Shown here: positions 1-10,383 of the stretch, piece after piece
Numbering within the stretch: position 1 is the stretch's first letter
How the letters are laid out: each line of letters opens with the position of its first letter
Source of the DNA: an uncultured Candidatus Rokubacteria bacterium
GTDB taxonomy: Bacteria > Methylomirabilota > Methylomirabilia > Rokubacteriales > CSP1-6
Direction: 5' to 3'
NCBI GenBank assembly: GCA_963762145.1
Contig: CAVXJS010000011.1
Span: 672,001 to 736,000 of the forward strand
DNA: 64,000 nt
The notes under the pieces: model-generated
Databases searched by the model: none
What the model was told of the DNA's origin: nothing
What the model saw: the letters and a program-made list of their open reading frames with translations, nothing else
Program-made: the position numbers and the translations under genes

Positions 1-70
1 CGTGGCCGCCGAGTCGCGCGCGATCTACGTGGAGATCCCGCCGAGCCGGCTGCCCGGCGGCGGGCACTAG
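1..70 (+). CDS. 3' end of a gene entering the window (..VAAESRAIYVEIPPSRLPGGGH*), possibly a hot-dog/thioesterase protein
   Basis: Open frame from base 2 to TAG at 68-70; too short to assign. Confidence 0.4.
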   Translation, partial: VAAESRAIYVEIPPSRLPGGGH

Positions 71-1818
71 GCGCCGGCGTCCGGCGGCAGCGACTCCCAG
101 AACCGGCGCTCCGCTTCCCGCGGCGCGGCCTCCACGCGGCACGGCCGGTCGAGAATCATGGTGCGGCGGTGGGTGCTGTCGTAGGCGGGCCAGTCGCCGA
201 TGCCCGCGTGGCCCGGCCGCCCGGTGCGCGCGAAGGCGATCCACGCATCCTGGATCTGCCCGGCGAGGGCGTGTGCGGGCGCGCCTTTTCCGGTGAACGG
301 GCGAATGAGCCGGTGCTCGAGCGTGCCGAAGAGAAAGGGCAGCTCGAGCGCGTGACAGGCGCCGAAGAGCCCGCCCATCGCGGGGGAGGGCCACGTGAAG
401 AGATACGCGTAGGTCTCCGGCTGATGGGCCGCCTGCAGCGCGGCGAGCCGCATCGCGGGGTACCGCATGGTGCGATCGGACTCGATCGCGAACCAGAGAT
501 CGCCCGGCTCCGCGCGCTCGCCGCGCCCGGCCCGCGCGTCCCGGTAGACCGCGATCGCCCGGCGCGCCGCGTCCGTCCCGCCGGGAATCGCCTCCGCGCA
601 CCGGGCGAGCAGCTCGGCCTCGTTGAGCGTCGCGGCCTCCGGATCCAGCGGCGCGAACAGCCGCGCCTCGTCGAGGTTGGTGCCGACCAGGAGCGGGATG
701 TCGCGGGCCTCGCCGTCGCGAATGGCGTCGAGCGGCTCGCGCGGAATGACGTCGCCATCGAGCACGGGCTGGAAGGGCAGGCCGCGCGTGCGCAGGACCC
801 GGAGCGCGGCCATCTCCGGCGCGGTCGGCGCGCGGCGCCGGCTCCCGCGGCGTCGCAGCAGGTCCAGCAACCCGCGTGACACCGGCACCACCGCCCGGCC
901 GAAGCGGCGGCGCGCGAGCGTGAGACCGAGGAAGACCGCGCCCGCCATGCGCTGCCCGGACGGCGAGAGCGTGCCGAGGACGTGTTGCTCGCCCAGCATC
1001 AGATCCATGAAGAGACGACGCTGGGCCGCCAGGAGGCGCGCGGGGGCGGCGGCGCGGAGCTCCTCGGGCGAGCTCACTCCGAGGTCCGCGAGCACGCGGT
1101 CGGCGATGCGCGCGGCGGTGCCGCGCGGCCAGAGGTAGTTCGCGGCGCCGGATTCCAGGATCGCCCGGCGGAAGAGGCCCCGGGCGCGCGGCACGCCGAG
1201 CAGGGTCGCGCAGCTCATCGCGCCCGCCGACTCGCCGAAGATCGTCACGTTATCGGGATCGCCGCCGAACGCGGCGATCTCGTCGCGCACCCACGCGAGC
1301 GCCGCCACCTGGTCGAGCAGCCCCTCGTTGCCGGTCGCGGGCAGGCGCTCGCCGAAGCGGTCGCGCAGGCGCAGGAAGCCCAGCGCGCCCAGCCGGTAGT
1401 TGATGGTGACGACGACCACGTCGCCGCGGCGGGCCAGGGCCGCGCCGTTGTAGAGCATCTGCGAGCCGGAGCCCAGGATGAAGGCGCCGCCGTGGATCCA
1501 CACGAGCACCGGCCGGCGGCCCCGGTCCGCGGCGGGCGTCCAGACGTTCAGGTAGAGGCAGTCCTCGCCGGTGCGGGTGATGCCCAGGCTCATCAAGGGG
1601 CCGACGAGCGCCCCGTTCTGCGCCGCCGACGGCCCGAAGCGGGCCGCGTCGAGGACGGCGGTCCAGGGCGCGGGTGGCTCGGGGGGCCCGAAGCGGAGCG
1701 GGCCGACCGGCGGGCGCGCGAAGGGAAGGCCGCGGAACACCGCGAGGCCGCCTTCGGCGATGCCGCGCACCGGGCCGCGTCGCGTCTGGACCAGGACGTC
1801 CACGGGTCGCGGGCTCAC
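67..1818 (-). CDS. Carboxylesterase type B (para-nitrobenzyl esterase-like)
   Basis: EDCLYLNVW, WIHGGAF, FGESAG (Ser), GTNLDE (Glu), GACHALE (His); GTG start overlaps the DUF445 stop (GTGA). Confidence 0.92.
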   Translation of the reverse strand: MSPRPVDVLVQTRRGPVRGIAEGGLAVFRGLPFARPPVGPLRFGPPEPPAPWTAVLDAARFGPSAAQNGALVGPLMSLGITRTGEDCLYLNVWTPAADRGRRPVLVWIHGGAFILGSGSQMLYNGAALARRGDVVVVTINYRLGALGFLRLRDRFGERLPATGNEGLLDQVAALAWVRDEIAAFGGDPDNVTIFGESAGAMSCATLLGVPRARGLFRRAILESGAANYLWPRGTAARIADRVLADLGVSSPEELRAAAPARLLAAQRRLFMDLMLGEQHVLGTLSPSGQRMAGAVFLGLTLARRRFGRAVVPVSRGLLDLLRRRGSRRRAPTAPEMAALRVLRTRGLPFQPVLDGDVIPREPLDAIRDGEARDIPLLVGTNLDEARLFAPLDPEAATLNEAELLARCAEAIPGGTDAARRAIAVYRDARAGRGERAEPGDLWFAIESDRTMRYPAMRLAALQAAHQPETYAYLFTWPSPAMGGLFGACHALELPFLFGTLEHRLIRPFTGKGAPAHALAGQIQDAWIAFARTGRPGHAGIGDWPAYDSTHRRTMILDRPCRVEAAPREAERRFWESLPPDAGA

Positions 1819-3098
1819 CACAGCAGGTCCAGCAGCCGGTGGATCGCGTAGAGGCCGCCGCCCGCCAGGCCTCCCACGACCGTGCCGTTCACACGGATGT
1901 ACTGGAGATCGTCGCCCGCGTGCTCCTCGATGAGCCGGACCGCGCCCTCCGGGCCGAGCGCGTGCACGCCCCGCTCGATGAAGTGCGCGATACGGTCGTG
2001 ATAGCGGTCCACCGCCTCGGTGAGCCGCTCCTTGAGCCAGCGGTCGAGCGACTTCCGGAGCGCGGTGTCGTCCGCCAGCGTGCGCCGCGCGCGGTCGAGC
2101 CGGGCGGTGATCCAGCTCACCAGCTCGGACGGCTGGGCCGCGAGATCCGCGATCACGATCTTGCGGAGCCCGACCGCGGCATCCTCGAGCAGACGCGCCA
2201 CCGCCACGCTCGCCAACAGCTCCTCCTTGGCCGCCTCGACGCGCGCGGCGAGGGCCGGGTCGGTGCGGAGCCGCTCGGGTAGCGCGGCGAGCGTCTCGAC
2301 GAGACGCCGGCGCAGGGGATCGTCGGGGTCGTCCGCGATCTTCTTCAGCGCCTGGTGGAGCGCGGTGACGATGCGCTCCCGGTCGATGAGCCCGAACGTG
2401 CTCGCCAGCCCCATCAGGATGCGCGGATAGACGCCCATGCGGGTGCGATAGTCGGCCAGCACCTCGTCCACCAGATCGCCGACGGTGGCGCGGAAGTCCG
2501 GGCGCTCGAGCGCGTCGATCAGCGCCGCCGCCGTCGCCTCGATGAGCCGCTGATCCCAGCCCTGCTTGCGTGCGATCTCGATGCCGGTGGCGAGCAGCGG
2601 CGCGATGGGGTTCGCGCGGGCCAGGCGAGTCAGCCAGACCGCGGCGTCCCCGGTCGCCGTGGGCGTGACCTGCTCCGTCGCCCAGCGCGCGATCGCGCCG
2701 ACCATCGCTTCGAGGTCGGCGGGCCTGACGCGCTCGGCCCCGCGGGCCAGCAGCTCCGCGATGTCGAAGCGCTCGATCTCGTGCCCGACGTAGTCCTTGG
2801 TGAGCACCCGATCGCCGACCATGCTCCCCACGCGCCGGGCCATCAGCTCCCAGTTGGCCGGGATGATGGCGGTGTGGGGGATGGGCAGACCGAGGGGATG
2901 CCGGAAGAGCGCGGTGACCGCGAACCAGTCCGCGAGGCCACCCACGATGCCGGCCTCGGCGACCGCCAGGACGAAGCCGCCCCACCACCGGGTGCGCAAC
3001 GGGTACGCCGCCACCGCCAGGGCGACCGCGGCCAGCAAGACGAGCAGGGCGAGCCGGCGCTGGCGGGTCGGTCGCCGGTGTTCGGAAGCGCCGTCCAC
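1815..3098 (-). CDS. DUF445 family membrane protein
   Basis: GGLADWFAVTALFRHPLGLPIPHTAIIP and C-terminal DLQYIRVNGTVVGGLAG motifs. Confidence 0.9.
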   Translation of the reverse strand: MDGASEHRRPTRQRRLALLVLLAAVALAVAAYPLRTRWWGGFVLAVAEAGIVGGLADWFAVTALFRHPLGLPIPHTAIIPANWELMARRVGSMVGDRVLTKDYVGHEIERFDIAELLARGAERVRPADLEAMVGAIARWATEQVTPTATGDAAVWLTRLARANPIAPLLATGIEIARKQGWDQRLIEATAAALIDALERPDFRATVGDLVDEVLADYRTRMGVYPRILMGLASTFGLIDRERIVTALHQALKKIADDPDDPLRRRLVETLAALPERLRTDPALAARVEAAKEELLASVAVARLLEDAAVGLRKIVIADLAAQPSELVSWITARLDRARRTLADDTALRKSLDRWLKERLTEAVDRYHDRIAHFIERGVHALGPEGAVRLIEEHAGDDLQYIRVNGTVVGGLAGGGLYAIHRLLDLLW

Positions 3099-3183
3099 GC
3101 TCGCAGCCTACTATGGAGCGCCCGGCCCGCCTAGCCTGCCCCGCTCTCCTCGGATGATCGGGGCCGAATGCTATGATCGGCGC

Positions 3184-4197
3184 ATGATCGCCGCCGTCCT
3201 TCGCGGCCCCCGCGCGCTCGACATCACGACCGTCCCGTCGCCCACGCCGGGCCCGAACGACGCGGTCATTCGCGTCACCGCGGCCGGGCTCTGCGGCACC
3301 GACTACCGCATCTGGACGGGGGAGCGCCCGGTGCGCTACCCGCTCGTGATGGGGCACGAGTTCGTGGGCACGGTGGCGGCCATCGGGAGCGCGGTCCGGA
3401 ATGTCGCGGTCGGTCAGGCGGTGGCGGTGGAGCCCAACTACTCCTGCGGGACGTGCGCGCTGTGCCGCGAGGGCAACCGTAACCTGTGTCTCTCGCGCGT
3501 GGCGGTCGGCATCGACGTGGACGGGGGCTTCGCCCAGGAGGCGGTCGTGCCCGCCCGCTGCTGCTGGCCGGCGCCGGTCGCCCTCTCCACCGAGCGGCTG
3601 CTGATGGCCGAGCCGCTCGCGGTGGTGGTGCGCGCGGTCGGTCGCGCCGCGCCCGTGGCCGGGGAGACCGCGGCGGTGCTCGGGGTGGGCTCGCTCGGTC
3701 TGCTCGCGGTGCAGGTGCTCCGCGCCCGCGGCTGCCGCGTCCTCGCGGTGGCGCGGACCACCAAGCGTCTCGATCTCGCGCGCGAGCTGGGCGCGGAGGC
3801 GGTCGCGCTCTCGGGCGCCGACGACGACACCGCCGCCGCCCGGGCCTTCTCCGGGCGCGAGGGCGTGGACCTGGTGATCGAGACCGCCGGCACGGCCCTG
3901 GCGGTCGAGCAGGCGGTCAACCTCTGCCGGCCCGGCGGGCGGGTGGTGCTCACCGGGCTGCCGCACGAGGCCACCGTGCTCAGCTTCTTCTGGGTCGTGC
4001 GCCGCGAGCTGCGGATCATCGGCTCGATGATCTACCAGGACGAGTTCCCGGAGGCGATGCGGCTCCTCGAGACCGGCGCCGTGCGCACGGACCGGCTCCT
4101 CTCCCTGACCTTTCCGCTGGACCGCATCGACGACGCCTTCGAAGCGCATCGCTCGCCCAGCTCGATCAAGGTCGCGGTCGTCCCGCCCGCCGGCTGA
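3184..4197 (+). CDS. Zn-dependent alcohol dehydrogenase (MDR superfamily)
   Basis: GLCGTD, GHE, CxxCxxC..C structural Zn site, GVGSLG nucleotide-binding motif. Confidence 0.92.
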   Translation: MIAAVLRGPRALDITTVPSPTPGPNDAVIRVTAAGLCGTDYRIWTGERPVRYPLVMGHEFVGTVAAIGSAVRNVAVGQAVAVEPNYSCGTCALCREGNRNLCLSRVAVGIDVDGGFAQEAVVPARCCWPAPVALSTERLLMAEPLAVVVRAVGRAAPVAGETAAVLGVGSLGLLAVQVLRARGCRVLAVARTTKRLDLARELGAEAVALSGADDDTAAARAFSGREGVDLVIETAGTALAVEQAVNLCRPGGRVVLTGLPHEATVLSFFWVVRRELRIIGSMIYQDEFPEAMRLLETGAVRTDRLLSLTFPLDRIDDAFEAHRSPSSIKVAVVPPAG

Positions 4198-5098
4198 CGA
4201 GTTCCAGCGCCCTCGGCTGCGCCTTGCCCTGCGCGATCAGCCGGGCCGCGAAGCGGCCGGCCGCGGCGCCGCGGCGGAATCCGGGACGGTGGACCAGCGT
4301 GACCGGGAGCGACGGCACCGCGGCCCGCTCCCACCTGACCCGGCCGCGATCGAGCTCGGACAGCGCGAGCGCGGGGGCCAGGCCCACGCCCAGTCCTCCC
4401 GAGACGTAGGCGAGGAGGAGGGACACGCTCGGCACGTCAATGGTGGACGTGGGCTGGATGCGCTCGCGGGCCAGGTAGTCCTCGAGCAGCCGACGTCCCT
4501 GGCTCCCCGCGCCGAGCCGGAGCAGGGGCTCGCGGCGGAGCCGATCGGGCAGGGGCACCCGCTTCCCGGCACGCCGCGGGCCGACCCAGACGAAGGGCTG
4601 GTCGAAGAGCCGCTCGGCTTCGAGCCCGCGAGGGATCTCCTGCCCGGTGACCACCGCGCAGTCCGCCTCGCCGAGCCCCACGAGGCGGATGCCCTCGCGC
4701 GAATGGGTGGTGGCGATCTCGAAGCGGAGTGGCACGCGCTCCTCCAGCAGCTCGCGCAGCACCGGAACCAGCAGCGCCTTGCCGAGGTAGTCGCTGACCG
4801 CGACGCGCAGGGTCGCGGGCGGGCGGCCCGACAGCTCGGCCAGGTGGGCGAAGAGCGCTTCGGTCTCGGTGCCGAGCTTCAGGATGCCGGGCAGCGCGGC
4901 CTCGCCCGCCGCGGTGAGCCGGACGCCGCGGCCCGCCCGCTCGAGGAAGGTCACCCCCAGGTGCCGCTCGAGCTTGCGGATCTGCTGGCTGATCGCGGAG
5001 GAGGTGCGATGGTGCAGCCGCGCCGCCGCCCCGACCGAGCCGCTGCGGGCGACGGTCAGCAGGCTCAGCAGGGAGGGGAGAAGCGCCGCGTCGACCAT
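4166..5098 (-). CDS. LysR-family transcriptional regulator, divergent from leuCD
   Basis: N-terminal HTH (AAARLHHRTSSAISQQIRKLE..LTAAG) plus substrate-binding domain. Confidence 0.92.
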   Translation of the reverse strand: MVDAALLPSLLSLLTVARSGSVGAAARLHHRTSSAISQQIRKLERHLGVTFLERAGRGVRLTAAGEAALPGILKLGTETEALFAHLAELSGRPPATLRVAVSDYLGKALLVPVLRELLEERVPLRFEIATTHSREGIRLVGLGEADCAVVTGQEIPRGLEAERLFDQPFVWVGPRRAGKRVPLPDRLRREPLLRLGAGSQGRRLLEDYLARERIQPTSTIDVPSVSLLLAYVSGGLGVGLAPALALSELDRGRVRWERAAVPSLPVTLVHRPGFRRGAAAGRFAARLIAQGKAQPRALELVSRRAGRPRP

Positions 5099-5201
5099 TA
5101 GCGGATCTTACGGGACCGGCAAGAATATTTCACTATACTTAACGGTCTGACGGCGGGACACTCGGCCGGCCGGCCACCCCGCCGGCCACACGGAGGAGAC
5201 C

Positions 5202-6605
5202 ATGGCGTCAACGTTGCTCGACAAGGTCTGGGACGCGCACACGGTGCGCACGCTGCCCTCGGGGCAGACGCAGCTCCTGATCGGACTCCACCTGATTCAC
5301 GAGGTCACCTCGCCCCAGGCCTTCCAGGCCCTCAACGAGCTGAAGCTGCCGGTGCGCATGCCGGAGCGGACCTTCGCGACCCTCGACCACATCATCCCCA
5401 CCACCGCCCAGCAGCGGCCGTTCGCCGACGCGGTGGCCGAGGAGATGACGGTGCACATGATCCGCAACGCCAAGGGGAGCGGGGTCACCCTGTTCGGCCT
5501 CGACAGCGGCCGTCAGGGCATCGTCCACGTGATCGGCCCCGAGCTCGGGCTGACCCAGCCCGGGATGACCATCGCGTGCGGGGACAGCCACACCGCGACG
5601 CACGGCGCGGTCGGGGCGATCGCGTTCGGCATCGGGACCAGCCAGGTGCGGGACGTGCTGGCCACCCAGTGCCTGGCCATGGCCAAGCCGAAGCTCCGCC
5701 AGGTGCGGGTGGACGGCGCGCTGGCCAAGGGCGTCTACGCCAAGGACGTCATCCTCGCGATCATCCGCACGCTGGGCGTCAACGGGGGCGTGGGTTACGC
5801 GTACGAGTATGCGGGCGCGGTGGTGGACCGGATGACGATGGAGGAGCGGCTCACGCTCTGCAACATGTCGATCGAGGGCGGCGCCCGCTCCGGCTACGTC
5901 AATCCCGACCAGACCACCTTCGACTACCTGCGCGGGCGCCAGTACGCTCCGCAGGGCGCGGCCTTCGACCGCGCGGTGACGTGGTGGAAGGGCATGGCGT
6001 CCGACGCCGACGCGACGTACGACGACGTCAAGCGGCTCGACGGGAGTGCCATCCCGCCGATGGTGACCTGGGGCATCAACCCGGGGCAGTCGGTCGGGGT
6101 GGGCGAGCGGATCCCGTCGCCCGAGTCGGCGCCGGAGCCGGAGCGTCCGACCTACCGCGAGGGCCTGGCCCACATGGGCTTCAGCGCGGGCCAGCCCATC
6201 GCGGGCGCGAAGATCGACGTGGTGTTCATCGGCTCCTGCACGAACTCGCGGATCTCGGACCTGCGGGTCGCGGCGGCGGTGGCCAAGGGCAACCGGGTGG
6301 CCAAGGGGGTGCGCGCGATCGTGGTGCCGGGCTCGCAGCTCGTGGCCAAGGAGGCCGAGGCCGAGGGGCTGCACGAGGTCTTCCGCGAGGCGGGCTTCGA
6401 GTGGCGGAACGCGGGCTGCTCGATGTGCCTCGGCATGAACGACGACAAGCTCAAGGGCCGGGAGATGAGCGCCTCCACCAGCAACCGCAACTTCATCGGA
6501 CGCCAGGGCAGCCCCACCGGGCGCACCTTGCTGATGAGCCCGGCCATGGCCGCGGCGGCCGCGCTGCACGGGGCGGTCACCGACGTACGGGAGATGATGA
6601 AATGA
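5202..6605 (+). CDS. leuC: 3-isopropylmalate dehydratase large subunit
   Basis: [45 protein letters not shown]; GGAGGAG RBS. Confidence 0.95.
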   Translation: MASTLLDKVWDAHTVRTLPSGQTQLLIGLHLIHEVTSPQAFQALNELKLPVRMPERTFATLDHIIPTTAQQRPFADAVAEEMTVHMIRNAKGSGVTLFGLDSGRQGIVHVIGPELGLTQPGMTIACGDSHTATHGAVGAIAFGIGTSQVRDVLATQCLAMAKPKLRQVRVDGALAKGVYAKDVILAIIRTLGVNGGVGYAYEYAGAVVDRMTMEERLTLCNMSIEGGARSGYVNPDQTTFDYLRGRQYAPQGAAFDRAVTWWKGMASDADATYDDVKRLDGSAIPPMVTWGINPGQSVGVGERIPSPESAPEPERPTYREGLAHMGFSAGQPIAGAKIDVVFIGSCTNSRISDLRVAAAVAKGNRVAKGVRAIVVPGSQLVAKEAEAEGLHEVFREAGFEWRNAGCSMCLGMNDDKLKGREMSASTSNRNFIGRQGSPTGRTLLMSPAMAAAAALHGAVTDVREMMK

Positions 6606-7194
6606 GCGACAGCACGCGGCGGCAGGTCGCGGGACGGGGGATTCCGATCCCCGGCAACGACATCGACACCGACCGGATCATCCCGGCGCGGTTCCTCAAG
6701 ACGGTCACCAACGAGGGCCTGGGGCTCCACGCCTTCGAGGACGCGCGCAAGCAGGACCCGGAGCACTCGTTCAACCAGAAAGCGTACGAAGGCGCCTCCG
6801 TGCTGGTGGGGGGCATGAACTTCGGGTGCGGGTCCTCGCGCGAGCACGCCCCGAGTCGCTCAAGCAGTGGGGGATCAAGGCCATCGTGGCCGGCTCCTTC
6901 GCCGAGATCTTCTTCGGCAACTGCACCATGCTCGGCATCCCGTGTCTCTCCATCTCCCAGGACGACGTGCTGTGGCTGCAGCGCGCGGTCGGCCGCGATC
7001 CGAAGCAGGCGGTGACGGTGGACGTGGAACGGCAGGAGGTGCGCGTGGGCGATCGGATCATCCCGGCCCGGATCGCCGACGGCGCGCGCAACCAGCTCGT
7101 CTCCGGGGCGTGGAACGCCACCGGCGTGCTGCTGGACGCGGGCGACGCGATCGAGGCCACCGCCGGCCGCCTCCCGTACGTCAAGGGTTTCTGA
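6602..7194 (+). CDS. leuD: 3-isopropylmalate dehydratase small subunit (single frameshift near 6850, probably a C-run sequencing error)
   Basis: [27 protein letters not shown], then [11 protein letters not shown] in another frame. Confidence 0.9.
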
Positions 7195-7210
7195 CCCGGG
7201 TCGAGCTCCC

Positions 7211-8104
7211 GTGCCGACCGTCCGCACGCCGACCCTCGAGATCGGCTACGAGGAGCGGGGGGACGCGGCGGGCCCGCCGGTCGTCCTCCTCCACGGCTTC
7301 CCCGACGACGCGCACGCCTGGAGCGAGGTGGCGCCTCCGCTGGCCGCCCGCGGCTGCCGCGTGCTCGCCCCCTACCTGCGCGGGTACGGACCGACGCGCT
7401 TCCTCGACGCGGCCGCCCCGCGCATGGCGCAGCAGGCCGCGATCGGCCAGGACCTGCTGGACTTCCTGGACGCGCTCGGCATCGAGCGGGCCGCGCTCGG
7501 CGGCTACGACTGGGGTGGGCGCGCGGCCTGCATCACCGCCATCCTGGCGCCGGCCCGCGTGCGCGCCCTCCTCTCCATCGGCGGCTACAACGTCCAGAAC
7601 ACGATCGCGACCCCGGTGCCCGCCTCCGCGCTGCAGGAGCGGGCCAACTGGTACCAGTGGTACTTCAACACCGAGCGCGGGCACCTCGGGCTCGAGAAGA
7701 ACCGCCGCGACATCTGCCGGCTGCTCTGGCGGGACTGGTCGCCGGGCTGGCGCTTCGACGACGCGACGTTCGAGCAGGCGGCGGCCGCCTTCGACAACCC
7801 CGACTTCGTTCCGGTGGTGATCCACTCCTACCGGCATCGGTACCGCCACGCGCCGGGCGAGCCGCGCTTCGACGCGATCGAGCGCCGTCTCGCCGAGCGG
7901 CCGCGCATCGAGGTGCCGAGCGTGATCCTGCACGGCCGCGACGACGGAGTGGACCCCCCGCGGCGCAGCGAGCCGCACCTCGCCCTGTTCCCGGCCGGGA
8001 CCCCGCGGCATGTGATCCCGGACGCCGGTCACTTCCTCCCGCGCGAGCAGCCCGGCGCGGTCGTGGAGGCGCTCGTCTCCCTGCTGGACCGGACGGCGCG
8101 CTAG
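7211..8104 (+). CDS. Alpha/beta hydrolase (epoxide hydrolase-like)
   Basis: LLHGFPD, GYDWGG nucleophile elbow, AGHFLPRE. Confidence 0.9.
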   Translation: MPTVRTPTLEIGYEERGDAAGPPVVLLHGFPDDAHAWSEVAPPLAARGCRVLAPYLRGYGPTRFLDAAAPRMAQQAAIGQDLLDFLDALGIERAALGGYDWGGRAACITAILAPARVRALLSIGGYNVQNTIATPVPASALQERANWYQWYFNTERGHLGLEKNRRDICRLLWRDWSPGWRFDDATFEQAAAAFDNPDFVPVVIHSYRHRYRHAPGEPRFDAIERRLAERPRIEVPSVILHGRDDGVDPPRRSEPHLALFPAGTPRHVIPDAGHFLPREQPGAVVEALVSLLDRTAR

Positions 8105-8107
8105 CCC

Positions 8108-8974
8108 GTGTGGTTCCTGCTCGCGGTGGTCGCGGCCCTGTGCCAGGTGCTGCGCAACACGGTGATGAAGCGCCTCGGCCACTCGCTCGACGAGTACATC
8201 AACGTGTGGGGCCGCTTCACGTTCCTGCTCCCCTTCGCGGGGCTCTTCGTGCTCTGGAACGGGGTGCCCGAGATCAAGCCGGGATTCTACCTCGCCTGCG
8301 CCTCGTTCGCGGTCTCCCAGACCATCTCGACCATGGCGCTGTCCAAGGCCCTCAAGCTCGCCGAGATCTCGATGGTCACCGCGCTGTGGAAGGTGAGCCT
8401 GCTGATCCTGGTCGTGCTCGGCTACTTCACCTTGCGCGAGCAGCCGACCCTCCTCGGCATCGCGGGCATCCTGATCAGCATGTCCGGTGTCTACCTGCTG
8501 AACGTCCACCGGGCCCACATCGCCTGGTGGGCGCCATTGGCGGTGCTCTTCACGGATCGCGGCATGCGCTATAGCCTGCTGGCCGCGCTCTTCTTCGCGC
8601 CGTCGGTGGTCACCATCAAGTGGGCGATGCAGTGCTCCGACCAGTACATGGGTACCCTCGGCGGCTACATCGCCGCGAGCCTGCTGGTGACCCCGATCGT
8701 GCTCAAGACCTCGCGGCGGCACTTCGTGGAGATCCCGAGATACTGGAAGGCCTTCGTGAGCTTCGGGCTCTTCGCCTCGCTGACCACGATCAGCCAGGGC
8801 ACCGCCTACCTCATGACGCTGTCCTCGTACGTGGAGGCGGTGAAGCAGGTGGAGATCCTCTTCGCGATGGCGATCGGCACCGTGATGTTCCACGAGAAGC
8901 AGAAGGTGCGGGACATCGCGCCCGGGGCGGTGGTGATGCTGGCGGGCGTGGTGCTGCTGAGCCTGGCCGGCTAG
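8108..8974 (+). CDS. EamA/DMT family transporter
   Basis: About 10 hydrophobic helices with two-repeat DMT pattern. Confidence 0.85.
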   Translation: MWFLLAVVAALCQVLRNTVMKRLGHSLDEYINVWGRFTFLLPFAGLFVLWNGVPEIKPGFYLACASFAVSQTISTMALSKALKLAEISMVTALWKVSLLILVVLGYFTLREQPTLLGIAGILISMSGVYLLNVHRAHIAWWAPLAVLFTDRGMRYSLLAALFFAPSVVTIKWAMQCSDQYMGTLGGYIAASLLVTPIVLKTSRRHFVEIPRYWKAFVSFGLFASLTTISQGTAYLMTLSSYVEAVKQVEILFAMAIGTVMFHEKQKVRDIAPGAVVMLAGVVLLSLAG

Positions 8975-9336
8975 ACGTCCGGCCGCTTGCCGTGGGTGGC
9001 CCGGACGACCGTCTTGATGCCGCCGCGCACGTGAAGTCGCCGACCACCTCGATCCAGCGGGGCGCCGCGACGGCCACGAAGTCGTCGAGGATCCGGTTGG
9101 TCACGTCCTCGTGGAAGGCCCCCTCGTTCCGGTACGACCAGATGTAGAGCTTGATCGACTTGAGCTCGACCAGGTGCCGGTCGGGCACATATCGTGATCT
9201 CGGATCGTGGCGAAGTCGGGCTGGCCGGTGCACGGGGCAGACGCAGGTGAACTCGGGGATCTCGAGGCTGACCTCGTAGTCGCGGCCGGGTGCGGATTCG
9301 GCACGACGTCGAGCGCTTCGACGGCTGCGTCGGCAT
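8971..9336 (-). CDS. queF: NADPH-dependent preQ0 reductase (frameshifted in this assembly)
   Basis: Across frames: PEFT..CP.TGQPDFATI, VELKSIKLYIWSYRNEGAFHEDVTNRILDD, VRGGIKTVV. Confidence 0.88.
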   Translation of the reverse strand: MPTQPSKRSTSCRIRTRPRLRGQPRDPRVHLRLPRAPASPTSPRSEITICARPAPGRAQVDQALHLVVPERGGLPRGRDQPDPRRLRGRRGAPLDRGGRRLHVRGGIKTVVRATHGKRPDV

Positions 9337-9409
9337 GGCCCGACGCTACCGCGCGGCGCGCGGCGGCGGTCAAGCGCGCTCTCGCCCTCTGGGGCAGACG
9401 GGTGAGGCG

Positions 9410-10295
9410 TCAGCGGCGGACGGTGAGGCCGATGCCGGCCGCGACCATGACGGTCGAGAGGAGCAGCGTCGGGTCAGCTGGTCGCCGGCGATCGCGGCGG
9501 CGACGAGCACGCCGAAGATCGGCGTGGTGAGCGAGCAGGTCGCGAGCGCGCTCGGCCGGTAGACCTGGAAGAGGCGCGAGTTCACGACGAAGTTGAACCC
9601 GGCGACGACGACGCCCTGGTAGAAGAGCGAGGCGGCCAGCGCCGGCGTGTAGCGCGTGGGCGCGCCGGCCTCCAGCACGGACGCTCGCGGCGAGGAAGCA
9701 GGCGCTCCCGATGGCGGACTGGAAGACGAGCAGCTTGATCGGATCGAGCCGCTGGACCGCGCGCGCCATGTACACGATGCGCTCGCCGAGCAGGAGCGCG
9801 CTGGCCGCGACCACGAGGTCGCCGACCAGCGTGTCGCTCCGGAAGGAGAAGTCGCGCGCGAAGAGCAGCACGATGCCGGGGTAGGCGACGAGCACGCCGC
9901 CGAGCTTGGCGGGCGTGAGGCGGTCGCCCGGGATCAAGAAGTGGGCGAGCACCACGGTGTGCACCGCGTAGGAGTTGAGCGAGCACCGCGCCGTGGGTGG
10001 CGGTGGTGAGGCCGATCCCGACGTTCATGAGGCCGATCTGCACCGCGAAGAGCAGGCCGAGCGACGCATCAGGACGCGCCACTCGCCGGGGCGCACGTCG
10101 AAGACGCCCGGCTGGCCGCGTCCACCACGCATAGGCGAGGATCGCGAGCCCGCCGAGCACGAAGCGCATCCAGGCGAGGCGCAACGGCGGCGCGTCGGCG
10201 AGGCCGACCTTCACCGCGAGCGGGTTGGCGCCCCAGAGCGCGGCGAGGACGAGCGCGAGGACGGCGCCCCGCACAGTCGAGGGGACGGAGGGCAC
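9410..10295 (-). CDS. EamA/DMT family transporter (multiple indels)
   Basis: LWGANPLAVKVGL..PPLRLAWMRF, VLAHFLIPGDRLT, LTTPIFGVL across frames. Confidence 0.8.
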
Positions 10296-10383
10296 GCTAC
10301 GGACCAGGCGGGCGCGGCGACCGCGGCCGCCGCGGCGGCGCCGTCGCGGCGGAGGTCCGGCGGCTATGGTAGCATGGCCCTCC

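Noticed and set aside
67-4149. 1360-aa ORF as one giant protein
   Set aside because: Only the last ~583 aa are a real esterase; the rest is off-frame to DUF445 and antisense to the ADH, a high-GC open-frame artefact
9337-9409. preQ1 riboswitch upstream of queF
   Set aside because: No recognisable preQ1 aptamer; a -10-like box lies 6 nt from the ATG, leaving no leader
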